Assembly: GCA_000708835.1 (NCBI GenBank)
Contig: DF237155.1
Span: 79,496-143,495, forward strand
Length of the DNA stretch: 64,000 nucleotides
Direction of reading: 5' to 3'
From: Klebsormidium nitens
Taxonomy: Eukaryota > Plantae > Klebsormidiophyceae
The translations under genes and the position numbers were made by a program. A model generated the notes under the pieces. It ran no database searches. It worked only from the letters and a program-made list of their open reading frames with translations, and was not told the origin of the DNA. Shown piece after piece: positions 38,601 through 52,283 of this stretch (the stretch's first letter is position 1; each line of letters opens with the position of its first letter).

Positions 38601-41600
38601 AATGCCCCGGTTTGCAGAGCGCGGCTACCACCGGCGTTAACCTCGTCCAAAACCCCGACTTCCAACGCGGCACCGACTGCTGGATGCCCTTCGGAGTCAC
38701 CTTCGAGCTGGTACAAACCGGGCCCCTGCTGCCCCCGGGCGGCGGTCCGTACCTGCGCGCCTGGAACCGGTCTGCCACGTGGCAGGGCCCCGCGCAGAGC
38801 TTCGGCGGTAGCACGATCAGGCCGGGGGCGGAGTACGAAGTGAAGGCACTGCTGAGGGTCGCGGGCGCATCTTGTGCGCCCCTGCAGATGGCAGCCAGGG
38901 TGAGACGCGAGGCAGCAGAAATCTCCGCTTCGTTTCGTGTCCTGTAGGTCATCGAGAGTACTCTGTGCACGGGTGCCGAGGACGGAGACTGGGGCTCTTT
39001 TTGCAGCTTTCATGGCAAAGCAGCCAGTGGTTAAATGGTTCTTTGCAGGCCCTGACAAGGGGTAAAGTCCAGCTGCCTAGTCGTTTTGAAACATGCGACT
39101 TTCGTGCACCGCGCAGCCATTGCGTGGAGCGTCTTCAGAGTGCTTCGGTCGAACGGCCTCTGCCGCTACCCTCAATACGTGACTTTCGCAACTGAAGTTG
39201 GTCGTAAGGCATTCGCCACCGGCTTCGACCATAAGAAAGATCCCGGAAATCGCTAGCGGGAAAAGCCGTTTCTTAGAGTCCCTCTTCGGATTCAGAAGCG
39301 GACCTCGGTGAACTGTCCCTTTCCATTTTGAGACTGCATTTCTGCCGACTCACTATGCGCCCGCGGCTCGTGCTTTGCAGATCACGTTCACGGACGGCAA
39401 GCAGGACTACCATTTTTGCGGTGACTTCGAAGCCACGGACGACGCCTGGGCTGAGCTGGCGGGCACTCTGAGCCTGGACCGGCCCGCGAAGGAGGTGCTG
39501 CTATACGTCCAGAGCGCTCCCGCGGGAGTGGACATTCTGCTCGCGCGCATGTCGCTGGTGGAGGTCGACCTGGCGCAGCACAGGCAGCAGCTGGCGGAGC
39601 AGACGGATAAGGTGAGCGGAAAGACGTATGTGGATTCAGATGTTTTCGAGGAGGCCTGAGGAAATGGAACCGTTTGTTTTGCTTGACAGCCCTTTTGATG
39701 AAGCGCGTGAAAAGTTTGGCGTTGGACCAAATCGCCGAGTCTCGGTCGAGAAGGCCTGCTCCCATAGTCGCTGCAGGCGGCCATGCGAAGCGGATCGAAT
39801 GGAGCCTACTTGCCTCTCAAAGGTTTCTTGAACAGCGTTTCGCTGTGAGACGCATTGAGCTGAATGACATTTACTGCGGGAACAATAGCTGAGAGGTCAT
39901 TCTCGGATGCAGTTGCGACGGCAGGACGTCGAGTTGGTGCTGTCTGACGAGAGTGGCAGCCCGCTGGCGGGAGCGCGCATTGAAGTCAACCAGGTCAAGC
40001 GCAGCTTCCCGTTCGGCTGCGTGTCGGGACCTCGCAACGTGCAGAACAAAGTGTAAGTTGCCGGGCCTGGCACAACATGCTCTTACCCTTAGAGAAACTT
40101 TGCCAACTCAGCTTTTACCTCTTGATTAAGCCCGCGTTGAAGTGACTGTGAGATAATCGAACAAGAAGCATGACGCGTTGATCTTGACCGCCTTGTTACA
40201 GTGATGGCTCTGGGCCCGCGCCTGGCGTCAGGGTACGTGAGGCGAAGGAGGGACCTACAGATGAATGTTTTGAGCCTTCTGGGAAGCCTTACCGTTCCCT
40301 CCACCGCAAGGGTTCAGGATGCGACGCAATCGCCGATCTTCGCCGGCAGCGGCATCCCTCCCCGGCCGATTGTCGATCATGCTGAGGCCTCAACAGGATC
40401 ATCCGCCAGCTCGGCAAATCTTTCGAACATTCAGAAGTCCTGAGAGCTGAGTTCCGATGCTGCGCAGGTGGGAGGCGTACTTTCTGAAGACGTTCAACTG
40501 GACGGTGTTCGAGAACGAGATGAAGTGGTACCATACGGAGGGCCAGCGCGGCCAGCTCAACTACCGCGACGCGGACGCGCTCATGGCCTGGGCCGACAAG
40601 CACGCGCTCAAAGTGCGCGGCCATTGCATCTTCTGGGAGGTGCGCGCTCGCGCTTAAAACCATCTACTGAAGCTTAGTCCAGTGGTTGTTTCTTTTAGAA
40701 ATCTGCAGAAGCGAAGACCGGTACTTCATCCTCAAGTTCGACCAACCGTCGAATTGGAAGAGCGGTATCTCAGCATCGATTCGTGCGATGGGGGTGTCAA
40801 AGTAGTAAGTCGGGGAAGTTCATACCAGACTGATTGCCAGATTGTGAAGTTGTAAATGTGATTCAATTCCCGGTTTCCCCTTTTGCAATGGATAAGCATT
40901 CCGAGACCAGCTCGGCCATCACACTGGAGCGTTTACCACAGGCAGTCAGAATTCATCTGGACCCGCCTGTGCATCTTCGGCCATCGCGATCAAAGATTAA
41001 AAACGGTTCGACAGGGTAAGAAGCAGACCTGACGCACTGATTGGACCGTTTCCTCACACGCACAATACTCCCCCAGGTAGAGAAGGGCGGCATCCCCGGG
41101 TGGCTCTGCCACGTGCCCCCCGCAGAGATCGCCCCCCTGGTTGAGAAGCGCCTCGAGATCGTGGAGCGGTACAAGGGCCGGCTCGCGCACTGGGACGTGA
41201 ACAACGAGATGCTGCACGGGGACTTCTTCCGGTCGCGCTGCGGGGAACAGATCATCCCGCACATGTTCCACCGGGCGCACCAGGTCGACCCGGGGTGCAA
41301 GCTGTTCGTGAACGACTTCAACGTGCTGTGCGGCGGGGACACTAATTCAGGGCCATATCGGTTGCGGGCGCAGGTGGGCGGTTGGGGAGCGGTGGTTTTT
41401 GACACCTTCTTGTCTGTTGCGATTGCTTTTTCTTGTGTTCATGCTCAAAAGGTAGAAAAAGCGGTGGGGGTTGAGATAGCGGTCGGTTGTGACGGATGTC
41501 TCATGTGCTGTGGATTGCGTATTCTTTTGTGCTCAGTCGGTAGGAAAGCGGTGCACAACCGAAGGCGCATAACTCAGCAAGGCGGGCAGTCTCCATCAAT

Positions 41601-42820
41601 TTTCCCATCGTTTTTTGTGAGTTTGGAAATCTCTTATGAGTAGGCTGCAGAGGCCCTGAGGGGCGAGACTGCATGCGAGGCGGCCTGTACTTGAGACACT
41701 ATCTTTATCGTGGATCAGCAGCTCGAAGAGGACTTTTGTGTACGCCCTTCAAGCCGCTGCCGAGCCAGCGTGGGAGCCGGCAAACGACACTTGCCTATGC
41801 AGCAACTTCAGTCCGTTCACTAATGGTTTTCGGATTCATCCTGCAGCGCAAGGCCGTCTAATGATAATTACCGCCGCACTTAACTTCTTTCCTCCGTGGT
41901 TCTCCCCAGGTACAAAAGCTGTTATCGCAGGGGGTGCCCGTGCACGGCATCGGCTGCCAGGCCCACGTGGACCGGCCCACCCCGGTGGGCGTCCGGCAGC
42001 GGCTGGACGTCCTGGCGACCACGGGGCTGCCCATCTGGCTCACGGAGCTGGACGTCAACCAGAAGGACGAGAACGAGAGGGCGGAACGGCTCGAGGTGAG
42101 GCGGACGCTTGGCTTGGCGTATGATTGGTCAAGACAAAAAGAGAGGAATCGATGCAGGTGGGATTTAGATGTTGGTAAGATGGAGTCCAGGTTTCGGTGC
42201 CCCAGAGTCAAAGCCGGTACATGAAAGGAAAAGCCTGAAGCGGGAGGTTTTTGTGGGTGCAGAAATTGGCTCCGCTGAGCATTTGGACGTGATGTCGCAC
42301 CCGCTTATTGGCCGGTCGGTCTCGACGCGTGAGCCGAGTAGACCTTTGGATCACAGGTTTCCGAACACATTGCATTTCAACATGTTACAATCATAGGGAA
42401 GCTTCGTATTGCAACCTCTTCTGAACGCCAAGCTAGTAGGAGTGTTGAGTTTCTGCGACGAAAGCCTCCTTCTTTGTGCAGGTCATTCTGCGTGAATCAT
42501 TCGGTCACCCGGCTGTCGAAGGCATCGTTCTGTGGGGTTTCATGGAGGGCTTCATGTGGACCAAGGGCGGAATCTTGGTGCGAAGCGATGGCACGCCGAA
42601 TGCGGCGGGGCGGTGCATGGAGGCGCTGCTCGAGGAATGGACGACCAAAGATATTTTAGGGCAGGTGGGGCCGGACGGCAAGTTTGTGTTCCGGGGTTAT
42701 CTGGGAGACTACGAAGCGAAGGTGACAGGAGCGGACGGTCTGGTGAGGAAAGGCGTGTTTACACTGGAACGGAACGCGGAGACGGTGCAAGCGGTTGTGA
42801 GACTCGAGAAAGTGCAGTAG
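35674..42820 (+). CDS. GH10 endo-1,4-beta-xylanase with three N-terminal CBM_4_9/CBM22-like modules, 13 exons
   Basis: Exons 35674-35856, 36375-36530, 36750-36932, 37252-37370, 37599-37737, 37996-38220, 38618-38899, 39381-39611, 39913-40052, 40468-40639, 41077-41373, 41910-42095, 42482-42820. GH10 motifs FENEMKW, RGHCIFW, WDVNNE, GIGCQAH, IWLTELD. Three N(P/S)DF..G..W..W(E/Q)G repeats. Confidence 0.93.
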
Positions 42821-44472
42821 GTACGGTCCGAATCACGGCAAGTGTATTCAATTATCGGCGCAAGTAACCAGGCGGGCGAGGTATTGATGGAAGGGGCAGA
42901 AGAGTTGAGACCCGCGAGTTGAGGCCGGTCGAATAGCGCCGGCGACCGCACAGGAGTCACAGCAAGTTGCAGCAGCCGGCCATTTTTTAAAGTCGGGCTT
43001 GTATCATTTCTAGCTCTTAAGCACGCACATGCCCCAGCTAATATGCTCTGCGAGCCATAAAAACGGGGTCCATGACCGCATCGGGATTCGCATCAAGTTT
43101 TGCGATTTTGGACCCACAGAGTTGATGTGCCGTGTTCGACCGAAATGCACGTCACCTGTACGTACATAGAGTTGAAGGTTATGGTATTTTCAATCCAAGC
43201 CCCCACGATCACGTTATTCAAGCAACCCGGCGAGCAGACAACTGGCTCAAACCAACGGCATGTTGGCTGATGGGATCGAGTCTAATTTGCTGCAGCCAAA
43301 ATGAGTGAGTTTTTGACTTGAGCACCAAATCCACCAGGGAGCTCTGATCTGGCTGCGCGTGCATCCACTAGTCTGTATTTCCGCAACATGGCGTTATTCG
43401 AACCACATGACGGCCGGTCGCCATGCATGTGCTGGCAATTTAATCTAGACAGGGTCTACTTAAGTATCACTTTCCACAGTTGCAGAATATAGAGTGCAAA
43501 TGATGTCAAGAGCTATAGCTGGCTCATGAGCAAGATGCAGCATCTTCTTGTTTGTAATACACGCATCCCGGACGCGCGTCAGACAGATTGCATGTTAGAC
43601 AGGACAAGAACTTAAAACATCTGACACTCTGACGACAGTCCCAAGGTGGCTGGCCCTTTGCTTAGTTGAGAACATACAGTCTTTTGTTCATATCACCACT
43701 ACGGCAACTTCGCGGATATATCCACCCACTCTTGCATATCACGATCTGGCAGGCCGTTGCCATACCTGCCTGCCAAACATGGATGAATATGGAAGACCGC
43801 CTTGTTCTCGTTTACAATCCCAAGTGCAGGGTACGTATTCCGGTTACAGCTGTCAGCCACACGGCACGCAAACTTCAACAGCCCTAGTCGGAGGAAGGAA
43901 CCTACACTTCCGAGACGTCCTTCTTCTACCGCCTGCTTCCAGGCCTTTGAGACGCGCTGCAGGCGCCCCAGCTCCCCTAGATCAAGGTCAAGTGCAGAAA
44001 GATAACCGCACTAGATCAACACATTGACGTCATCCGGCCGGCCGGTCTTTAAAGAGGCTGGGCGCTCGTTTGGACTTGGCTTGCAAAATTGGACGCAGAA
44101 CCCACGACTCACGAGAGCATTCTGTAGAGGGCATGAGCACACTCTGTAGAGACTGCTTTCAAGCATGCCCCAAGCATACCTATGTTGCAAAATGCAGACT
44201 TGAAGGCTAGCTCCCTGTGCAGCCCAAAATCGAGGGGGAGTGCGCAAAGTGATCGGTGGGCGGACACCCGGGTGATCACCATTTTTGAGTTACGACGAAG
44301 TAAGCCCTGACAGATCGCTGTATGAATGTTCCTAACCCAAAGGGTTATTGATCACCGGGCAGGACCCGACCGACGATTTGCCCATCCCGGAGTCCAGCCA
44401 CCACAGCCAGAAAGAAGTCTTTAACTGAAGTTTCATGACTAATTGGAGTGCGTTTCAAGTTCAAGTTCAACC

Positions 44473-47400
44473 ATGGCGCCAATGCCAATGGCTACATCTG
44501 TAGATCTGAGTTGCTGGAGGCCTGTGGGGTCCATTTGTATTACACAAGGGGTTCCTGAATCTGTTGCCAACCAAATTACAAGCAATCTTAAGAAACATGG
44601 TCTTCACTCCACCATACAAAGTAGAAGACCGCACAATGCCACCCTTTCAAGTCATCAGCAACCACCACCTCGCGTACAGCATATAGATTATCACTTCAAA
44701 CAGGTGCAGCTTAGAAACCAGTCAGCTCTCTTCTTCAATTTTAGCAGCATTTTCCGATCTAAACGCATTCGACAACACGTCCTCAAGCAGAGGAAGGGTC
44801 CACCCTGGCTGGCTGGCATAAAGAAGCGCACCCGGCAAAAATGTATTGAAGCCGTTAGAGCCATTGCTGAATCACAAGAACCTGAAGCTTCTCTTGACAA
44901 CGGCAATGAGGACAATGCGGACAAGAGAACGTGGCAAGACTGGTTGGGGCTGGCAACTAGTTTGTACCCCGTGTATGTCTCGCTGGGGGCACTTCTGGCG
45001 GTGGTTCGACCGTCATCCTTTGCATGGTTCTGTGCGGTGAGCAGCCAAGCAGAAAGCGCTCAGAAGCGCGAAAAACTGGAACTCCTGGTCCCTTTTCTGT
45101 ACCACCTCTAGATCTTTGTGCCCTGCCTCTGGCGCCCCCACCACTTCTTGTCGCTTAGCTCTCTAGTTGTTGATAATCAAAAGAGACCCTGGCAGGGTCT
45201 TGTCTGGCAATCTCTCTACATACTAACTAAGAGGTCTTGCACACCCCGAAGGAAGACCCCCAAAACTGACCTATCGCTGTTGCTTTCGCCAGGGCGGGCC
45301 AACTTTGTACAGCTCTGCTTTGGGGATCATCATGCTGTCTATGGGCCTCACAATGGGGTGGGAGGACCTGCGGGCCTTGTTACTAGGCCATCCCGCGGCC
45401 ATCGCATTCGGCTTTGCCGCGCAGTATGTCCTGATGCCGCTCCTAGGCTTAGTGGTTAGTCACGCGCTCGGGCTGCCCTCGGCGCTGGCAGCGGGGGTGG
45501 TTCTGCTGTCGTGCTGTCCAGGAGGGACTGCTTCCAATGTGGTGAGTCGCAGCACTATGCAAGCGCTGGTATCTTGCGTACTAACGAGGCCAGGTTGCTT
45601 AGAGAATGAAGTAGAGGTCAGAATCTTGTGTTGTCGGTGCCATCACAGATGGTGGTGAGTTGTCATATAGGAGGTTGGTCACAGTCGTCCAACGTGAGTT
45701 GTGCACACCGAAACAAGCATGTCTGCAGATGGACGCAACTGTCACATGAGGGGAGAGTAAGGCGACAGTTACTTTCCAAGCCTCCGCTGCTTGCACAATC
45801 ATCTCCAACCCCAACCGAGTTGCGCTTCTGCCGCAGTCCGAGTTATCCTGCTTCGAGCTGGTTTTCTCTTTGTTATCCAGGTGACCTTGATTGGGTATGG
45901 CGACGTCCCGCTGTCCATCATGATGACCATCTGCACCACCTTTGGAGCTGTGATCATGACGCCCTTCCTGATGCAAACACTGGCGGGCACGCTGGTGCCC
46001 ATTGACGCAGCGGGACTTGCGCTCAGCACACTACAGGTAAGGCAGTGCCACAACCAGACATGTACATTCCCTGGGTTCTAGAGGATCCGAGATTGGGCTG
46101 GAGCAATACCGACATCAGAGGAATGAAAATGTTTCAGAGATTGACCTGTTGAAGTAAGACTGAGCAAAGGCATGGCGGTATGGCTTGAACTTTTTCACAG
46201 CCCATACTGTGTGCGTTGATGAACCGAAAGTCGGTACAAGCTTTTGTAGTAATTTCAGAGCACTCACTGCCATCCAGGCTTCCAGTTAGCCACAGAGTCA
46301 TGCTGTCACCATCAGCCCTCACCACCCTGTTTTCCAGCTAGCCAGCGGCATGTTTTAGACCACTGCTCAGCTTCGTAATTTCAGACCGGCCGTAGAAACG
46401 CAGATCATTATACCAAAGTGTCCCTGCCAAATATTCATCATCTCCTGCGGATTTTCTTTTGCAACATACGGAGTCTCTCTTCAAGAGAATGTTGAAGAAT
46501 ACGGACTCGCATGCAGCAGCTCTTCCAACCAACCAACGAGCGCTACGGTCATTGATCGTTGCAGGTGGTTCTCCTCCCCGTGCTCCTGGGCATGACGTGC
46601 AAGAACTACTTTCCCCGGGCCGTCGAGAAAGTCCTCCCTTTTGCGCCCTTGACCGCGGTTTTAACGTCGTCACTGCTGGCAAGCAGGTAATCTCCCTTCT
46701 GTGCACTCTAGGAACGAGGAGATTGGGGCAATCTGAGAGGGATCGACTATCAGAAGAATCACCGTTCGCATGTTGTTGAAATATTCCAGCCAACGGTTCA
46801 TCGGTTCATGTTTCAAACACTTTGACTCTGAGGTCAGGAGCAGATGCGTGGAAACCCCACACACTTTCTGTCTGTGAGACACTCGTCTATGGTCCTTGCG
46901 GTAAACGGTGAACGTGCGATTTTCAGCCGCTAAGGCGAAAGGCAGCGGTTGGGTATTGTAAGGGAACTATTCTCCTTGTAGAAGGCGGGTCTGTTGGAAT
47001 GCCTGCCGATCAGCAGGGTCTGGAATCTGCAGACAGTGACTGTTCTCTTCCATATCTCAAGAAATGTGACAGGCTCGTATCTTCAGTAATAGACGTACCA
47101 CCTCGGCCGCTTTCGGAGTTTCCCCTCACTTTTGATCGTTAAACTCCGTGACGATATGAACATTGTGTCTGCGTCAACTCCTGACGTCACGAGCACTTCA
47201 AAGCTTTTTGGGTTCCAACTTTCTTCACCGTTCCTCGCAGCGTGTTCTCGGCCAACGTCCCCCTCTTCCAGCTCCCCTCCGGGGCCGCCGTGCAAGCGGC
47301 GCTCGGCACAGCTTCGCTAGCGAGCGACGCAGTGCTCCCCCTGGGGCGTATTGTTGCGGCCGTGTTTCTGGTTCACGCAGGGGGTTTCGGACTGGGCTAC

Positions 47401-47960
47401 CTGGTCGCGGTGTTAGCGGGGTTCAAGGAGGCGAGACGACGGGCGATCTCGATTGAGGTGAGCCGGCAAAGTGGAGAACCAGATCTGAGGCTGGCTGGCT
47501 CGATTGGTGCCGCATTCCGTTTTGGAGCCCGAGCGTCGTTGAACATCAGGACCAAAGCATCAACAAAGTCAATTTGAGAAAGTCCTCTCTTGTCAAGATG
47601 TCCGGAGGCGACGCCTTTGCCTTGGAAAGTTACTCTTTGCTCAGGAGAATAGGATCACGGGACAGGGATGGGCGACGGTAACGCTTTAATGCATTCCCAA
47701 CGCTTTGCCACACTGTCGCAAAAAATCGTCCTTAACCACTTTCCGTTTGCGTGCCTCAGGTCGGCATGCAGAACGCGTCGCTGGGTGTGGTCCTCGCGAC
47801 CAAGCACTTTGCCTCGCCGCTGACGCCCCTCCCGTGCGCCATCTCCGCCATCATGATGAACGTCATGGGCAGCAGCCTCGCGGTCGCATGGCGGCGACAG
47901 GGGGCCCCGCGAGAGACGGACGCGGTCGATACCTCACTAATTACGGAAGAGCGTTCTTGA
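44473..47960 (+). CDS. Bile acid:sodium symporter (BASS)-family metabolite transporter, probably plastid-targeted, 6 exons
   Basis: Exons 44473-45036, 45293-45541, 45881-46036, 46565-46686, 47241-47457, 47760-47960. Motifs [36 protein letters not shown]. Long Ser/Arg-rich N-terminal extension. Confidence 0.93.
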
Positions 47961-49222
47961 CACAGAGTGTTGCGTGCGAGAGGATTTGGTAGTCTAGAAC
48001 TGGGATGTGCGATGAGAAGCAACTGAGAATGTTTTTGCGACTGCATGTACCATTGTCGCGACGTTTGACTACGCAGGGTTTCTTAGAGATTCAGCATCTA
48101 TAAAAAGCTTTAGTACTGCGCAGCGGTTGCGTGCTCTGAGCCCGCGTTTCTCGCATAGATTGAGCGTATGCGAATATTATCAAACTTGGTTGAGATCTTC
48201 CAACCGAGCCTAGCTGTCAAGCCAAACGTTCACCAGCCAAAAGAAGATGTAACCAGTAGCTCTTCGTCATCGACTTGAACCGGACTCCGTCGGACGTGGT
48301 AGATTTATATGGTCCAGCCATTATACTCTCCAGAAAAAATGCCTTGCAATAATGGAAATAGGTACCGGTAAGGGCCGTTTCATGGACATTGTGAAACGGC
48401 ACTGGACATGTATACTCGGCGCGAGTCAGACAATCTGGTGACTCATCAGATTCCTACACTGGATTCTCCTAGGGAATAGAAAGTAAGTGTCTCGGTGCTG
48501 AAACATGCCACACGTACGAGCATGGCCGCCCACCCGGGTGGGCGGCAGCTCTTCGATCCGAAGAATGTGCATCATCAAGTGGCCAGTATGCCAATTATCC
48601 ACAATATTTGCATGCATGGCCGGCATGCATGTGTGCCATCTCTTGCATTTGACCGTTCAACATCCACATGCACCGGCTAATTGGGTTTGATATTGCGAGC
48701 CGCCGAGCTGCTTATAGCTGAACATGCTATTCGGATATAGTGGCGGGCCGCGCGCGGCTGTTTGGTAAGTTATATACAACGTTTGCTGGGATATCTGTGA
48801 TCAGTCCACAGGCGACTCGAGATCGAGGGTCATGCATCTGCGAATGCACATAAAATCATCTATCTTAACGGGGCAGACTGTTTTGCACGGCCGCCGCGCG
48901 GCGGCGGCGATGGCCATTGAAGTGCAGTCGAGCTAGGGCGGGAGCTGGCGGTTATACCTAAGTGCGGAGCTCTGGCTCGAAGCTCTAGTATATATGTTTA
49001 CTACAATCATATACAGGAGTTCCTTAAGAAGAGTTATGATGATGGGCATGCGCATGTGTTCATGCACATGAGTGGCGGGTCCGTCAAATATTGCCGTAAT
49101 TCTACTACCGTCGATACACGGGGCACCAGATTTGAGAAACTTTGAAAGCATCAGCAAACTTCTGGGTGTCACTCAACAACACATTGGATAGAATTGAGCG
49201 CATGTCTGCATGCTTCAGATCC

Positions 49223-51225
49223 TCACGATGATTGACGCCCGCTCTTGTCTGGACCCATTCTCTTGCGAGTCCGGTAGGTTAGAGACAACCGCCTGAAACC
49301 TATCGTCGGCCTTCCACGCTTATTTTTCGGAATCTCGTGCTGCCACCTTATCCGTGCATCATCACGCATAACTACTATACTTCTAGGTTCGAGCCAGATC
49401 TCTTCTACTCTACCCGTTCTTGGAGCCACATTATTCTTGATACTCACGGGCAAGACACCTGGTGGAAGGTCGAGCTCGTGAAAGCGCATCCAGCAAGCGC
49501 TGTTGAGCGAAATGGAGACTACAGTGTTGCTGAACTCGAACTTGTCCACATGAGCCGCAATCCCCTGCAAAGTCGACTTCGATAATCATGTTCTGACATT
49601 CAATCGGCCACTTTAAACAGGAAGGAAGATCTCTTGGACAAAAACACACAAAGTGGAATTCGGCTGTGCCCTCGAAGAGGTTGTGATACCGGTCAATCAT
49701 AGCGAATTTTCATGCTACAAGCTCTCGTCTGTTGTCACGTTGATGACCCAGGAAAGAGAGCGGGTATAATCACTGCACACCACACTCAAGATGAGATTCA
49801 CAAGCTCCGACGTACACAAGGAACGCCCCTGAATTTTTCGAACAGAACATTGATCCCAGTATTGTCCAATGGATTTTGAGCCCGCTCTTACCTGGTCTTC
49901 GAGATACTCATTAACAATAAGGACAGTAGGTGCCTCCTCCCTAGAGTATACCCCTGCTGCGACCATCCGCTCAGTCAAGAAAGCTAACTCCTCGGGAATG
50001 GGAGGGGCGGCCGTGTTCTTCTCTCCAGTCCGCTTGGAGTAGACATAGTTGTGGCCTTCGAAAGGGGGCAGACAAGGTATCAGTTGCCTGGCAACAAGAA
50101 GTTCGCACTTGCAACACAACAACCGGTTTATACAAACAAGCGGAGGAGGATCGTCGACGTTGATCTGTAAACGCTCTTTTCAAGGGGATATACAACGGTG
50201 TTGAGGACCCTTTTGAGCTGACAAAATATGCCCATCACAATAGCTTTTGAGCAACTTTCACAACTTTGGCACAAAGCCTTATTCCAAGCCATCAGTTTAA
50301 GTACTTTTGAGGTGCGCAAAGTATCTCGAAAGGACCAGAGGTTCTATATCCCAACATAGGTTTTCTACGAATTTAAGCGAGTGGAGCGGGAGCAGAACCG
50401 CTGGAGACGCACGCAACCGGGGCAGGCGGTGTCAGGGCGCTCACCAAAATGAAGCGTCCGTCTTGCAATGTCTGTCCGCCACCGAAACTTTCCAGAATCA
50501 AGCAGCCGAATGATCTGCCGTTCTTCGTCCTTAGAGACAAAATCAAGGGAGTATTCCAGCCCAGGAACGCTTGGGACGTTCTTTCTCTCTGGCCTAAACG
50601 GTCTGGGCAAGGTTGCTGATACTGGCGCACTCAGACTACTCAACAAACCTGAAGGAGATGACACGAGCGGGCTGCCACTTGTATGCGGGGCATGTGTGGC
50701 CACTGAAGAGTATCCTTGATTCTTCCTATTGTTGCTTGAGGATTCTGTTTTTGATGAGGGGGGTAGAGGGGACCCGCTCTCTACCTCCTGTCTAAAAGCA
50801 TTGAAAGCTTGCTTCTGCCATTCAGACCCTTGTGCCCTGATTGACCGCAAACTGGTCCCTTGAGTTAAGGCAAATCTAGCTGTTGCAAGTACTTGTGGCG
50901 CTGGACTGCCAATGGTTGAAACAGCGATACTGTCCGCCTCTGGCTGCTCTTTTTCTAAACAGAAACTTTTGTTGGAAGTTTCTGCTAGGTAAGGTGACAC
51001 ATTAGCGGCGTTGTGAGAGGTCGAGCTGACGTGCGGTTTTATCTCGTCACTACCGACCAACCAATCGTTGACCTGGCTCCTTACAGGCAAGAAACCAACT
51101 TGGTTGGGATCAGACTTCGCCCTGCCTTGATTCACAGCATTGCGTTTGACTCCGTAGTCAAAGAGTGTCTTTGCAGTTTTGAGCCGCTTCAGTGGTGGCT
51201 GCCCAGGATGGCCCGCAGCTTGCAT
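49223..51225 (-). CDS. AlkB-like 2OG-Fe(II) dioxygenase with a long disordered N-terminus, 3 exons
   Basis: Exons 51225-50445, 50055-49892, 49564-49223. Motifs PGL...DFVS.DEE, IVNEY, GIAAHVD (HxD), EPRS..VM..DAR..WQHEI, RLSLTYR. Confidence 0.88.
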
Positions 51226-52283
51226 GACTTCACGCTTCTGCAAGCTCCTAGGTGCAGTTATGATATAAAAATCGCCACTACTGAAACATTCCACTGGAAA
51301 AACGAAGAGCTACTCGCGAGCTGTGCATCAACAACAGCGACACGCTATGCCTGCATGCAGCTGCCCCCCGATTCATACTTACAGAAAGCTGAGAAGAGGT
51401 ATTCTCAGATCTGTCGCTCCTGGATTCACGCTTGGGTGCCTGATTGGGTGACGCAAAGGTGGCACTGTTGCTAAAGCATCACCATGAAACGGGTTTGAAA
51501 ACTGATTGCCCCGCATACACCAATAAGGTTCTTCAGGGTTGAATTCCAACTCTCTTCTCAAGACACTTCTGGTCAACTTTTCGAATGAGTTTCAATCCAG
51601 CTCTGCCGCCCTAATAGATATATGCTGATCCAGCCCTGTAGGGAGGCTGCCAGTGCTGTGACTTGAGTCGGTGTAGATGTGCTGAGCTGCTCAGTGTTGC
51701 CGGCCATTGGCATGAGTGATCAAGACTTTGGCGGACGAGCATAAGGGATGGATCAGCGGACCACGTATGTGACTAACGGTGACGTGACCGCGCACAGTTG
51801 GTTCCGTTCAGCGCGCTCATCTGTCGAATCGCAAAGCCGTAAGTTGGGGGCAACCTGAATCGACGGTGCCACTTATCGACCCAACTTTAGGTCGCCGTTT
51901 GGTGACGTGCAAGCTCGTAACGGGGACGCGCCTATTGCCGTCGTATGATACTTCGAAGTACAGGAAAGAAGCCCGGCCTACGGTATCAAATTGGCACGAG
52001 TTTCCCAGAGAGGTGGAAGTCCTGCTTGCACAAGAAGGAAGAAAAGGACGCTACATATCTCTCCCCATACATTGACGTCTTTTCGAGCAAGCCCGCAGCT
52101 CTATCAAACGAACCAAGGTTATCAAGCGTAGCTCGCGTAGCCCCTTTCGCAACCTCACACCCTAATTCAGCGGAAAGAACGCATCAAAGGAGCGCGGGAG
52201 TGCGAAGTCAGCGCTAAAAGCTCATACCTCCGCTTGTCAGTATATGCTAGGGAGGCCCCCTTGGTTGAGATATCCAGTTTGTC

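Noticed and set aside
43666-44250. Protein-like frame with several stops upstream of BASS
   Set aside because: No family motif recognised; cannot distinguish a pseudogene from random sequence.
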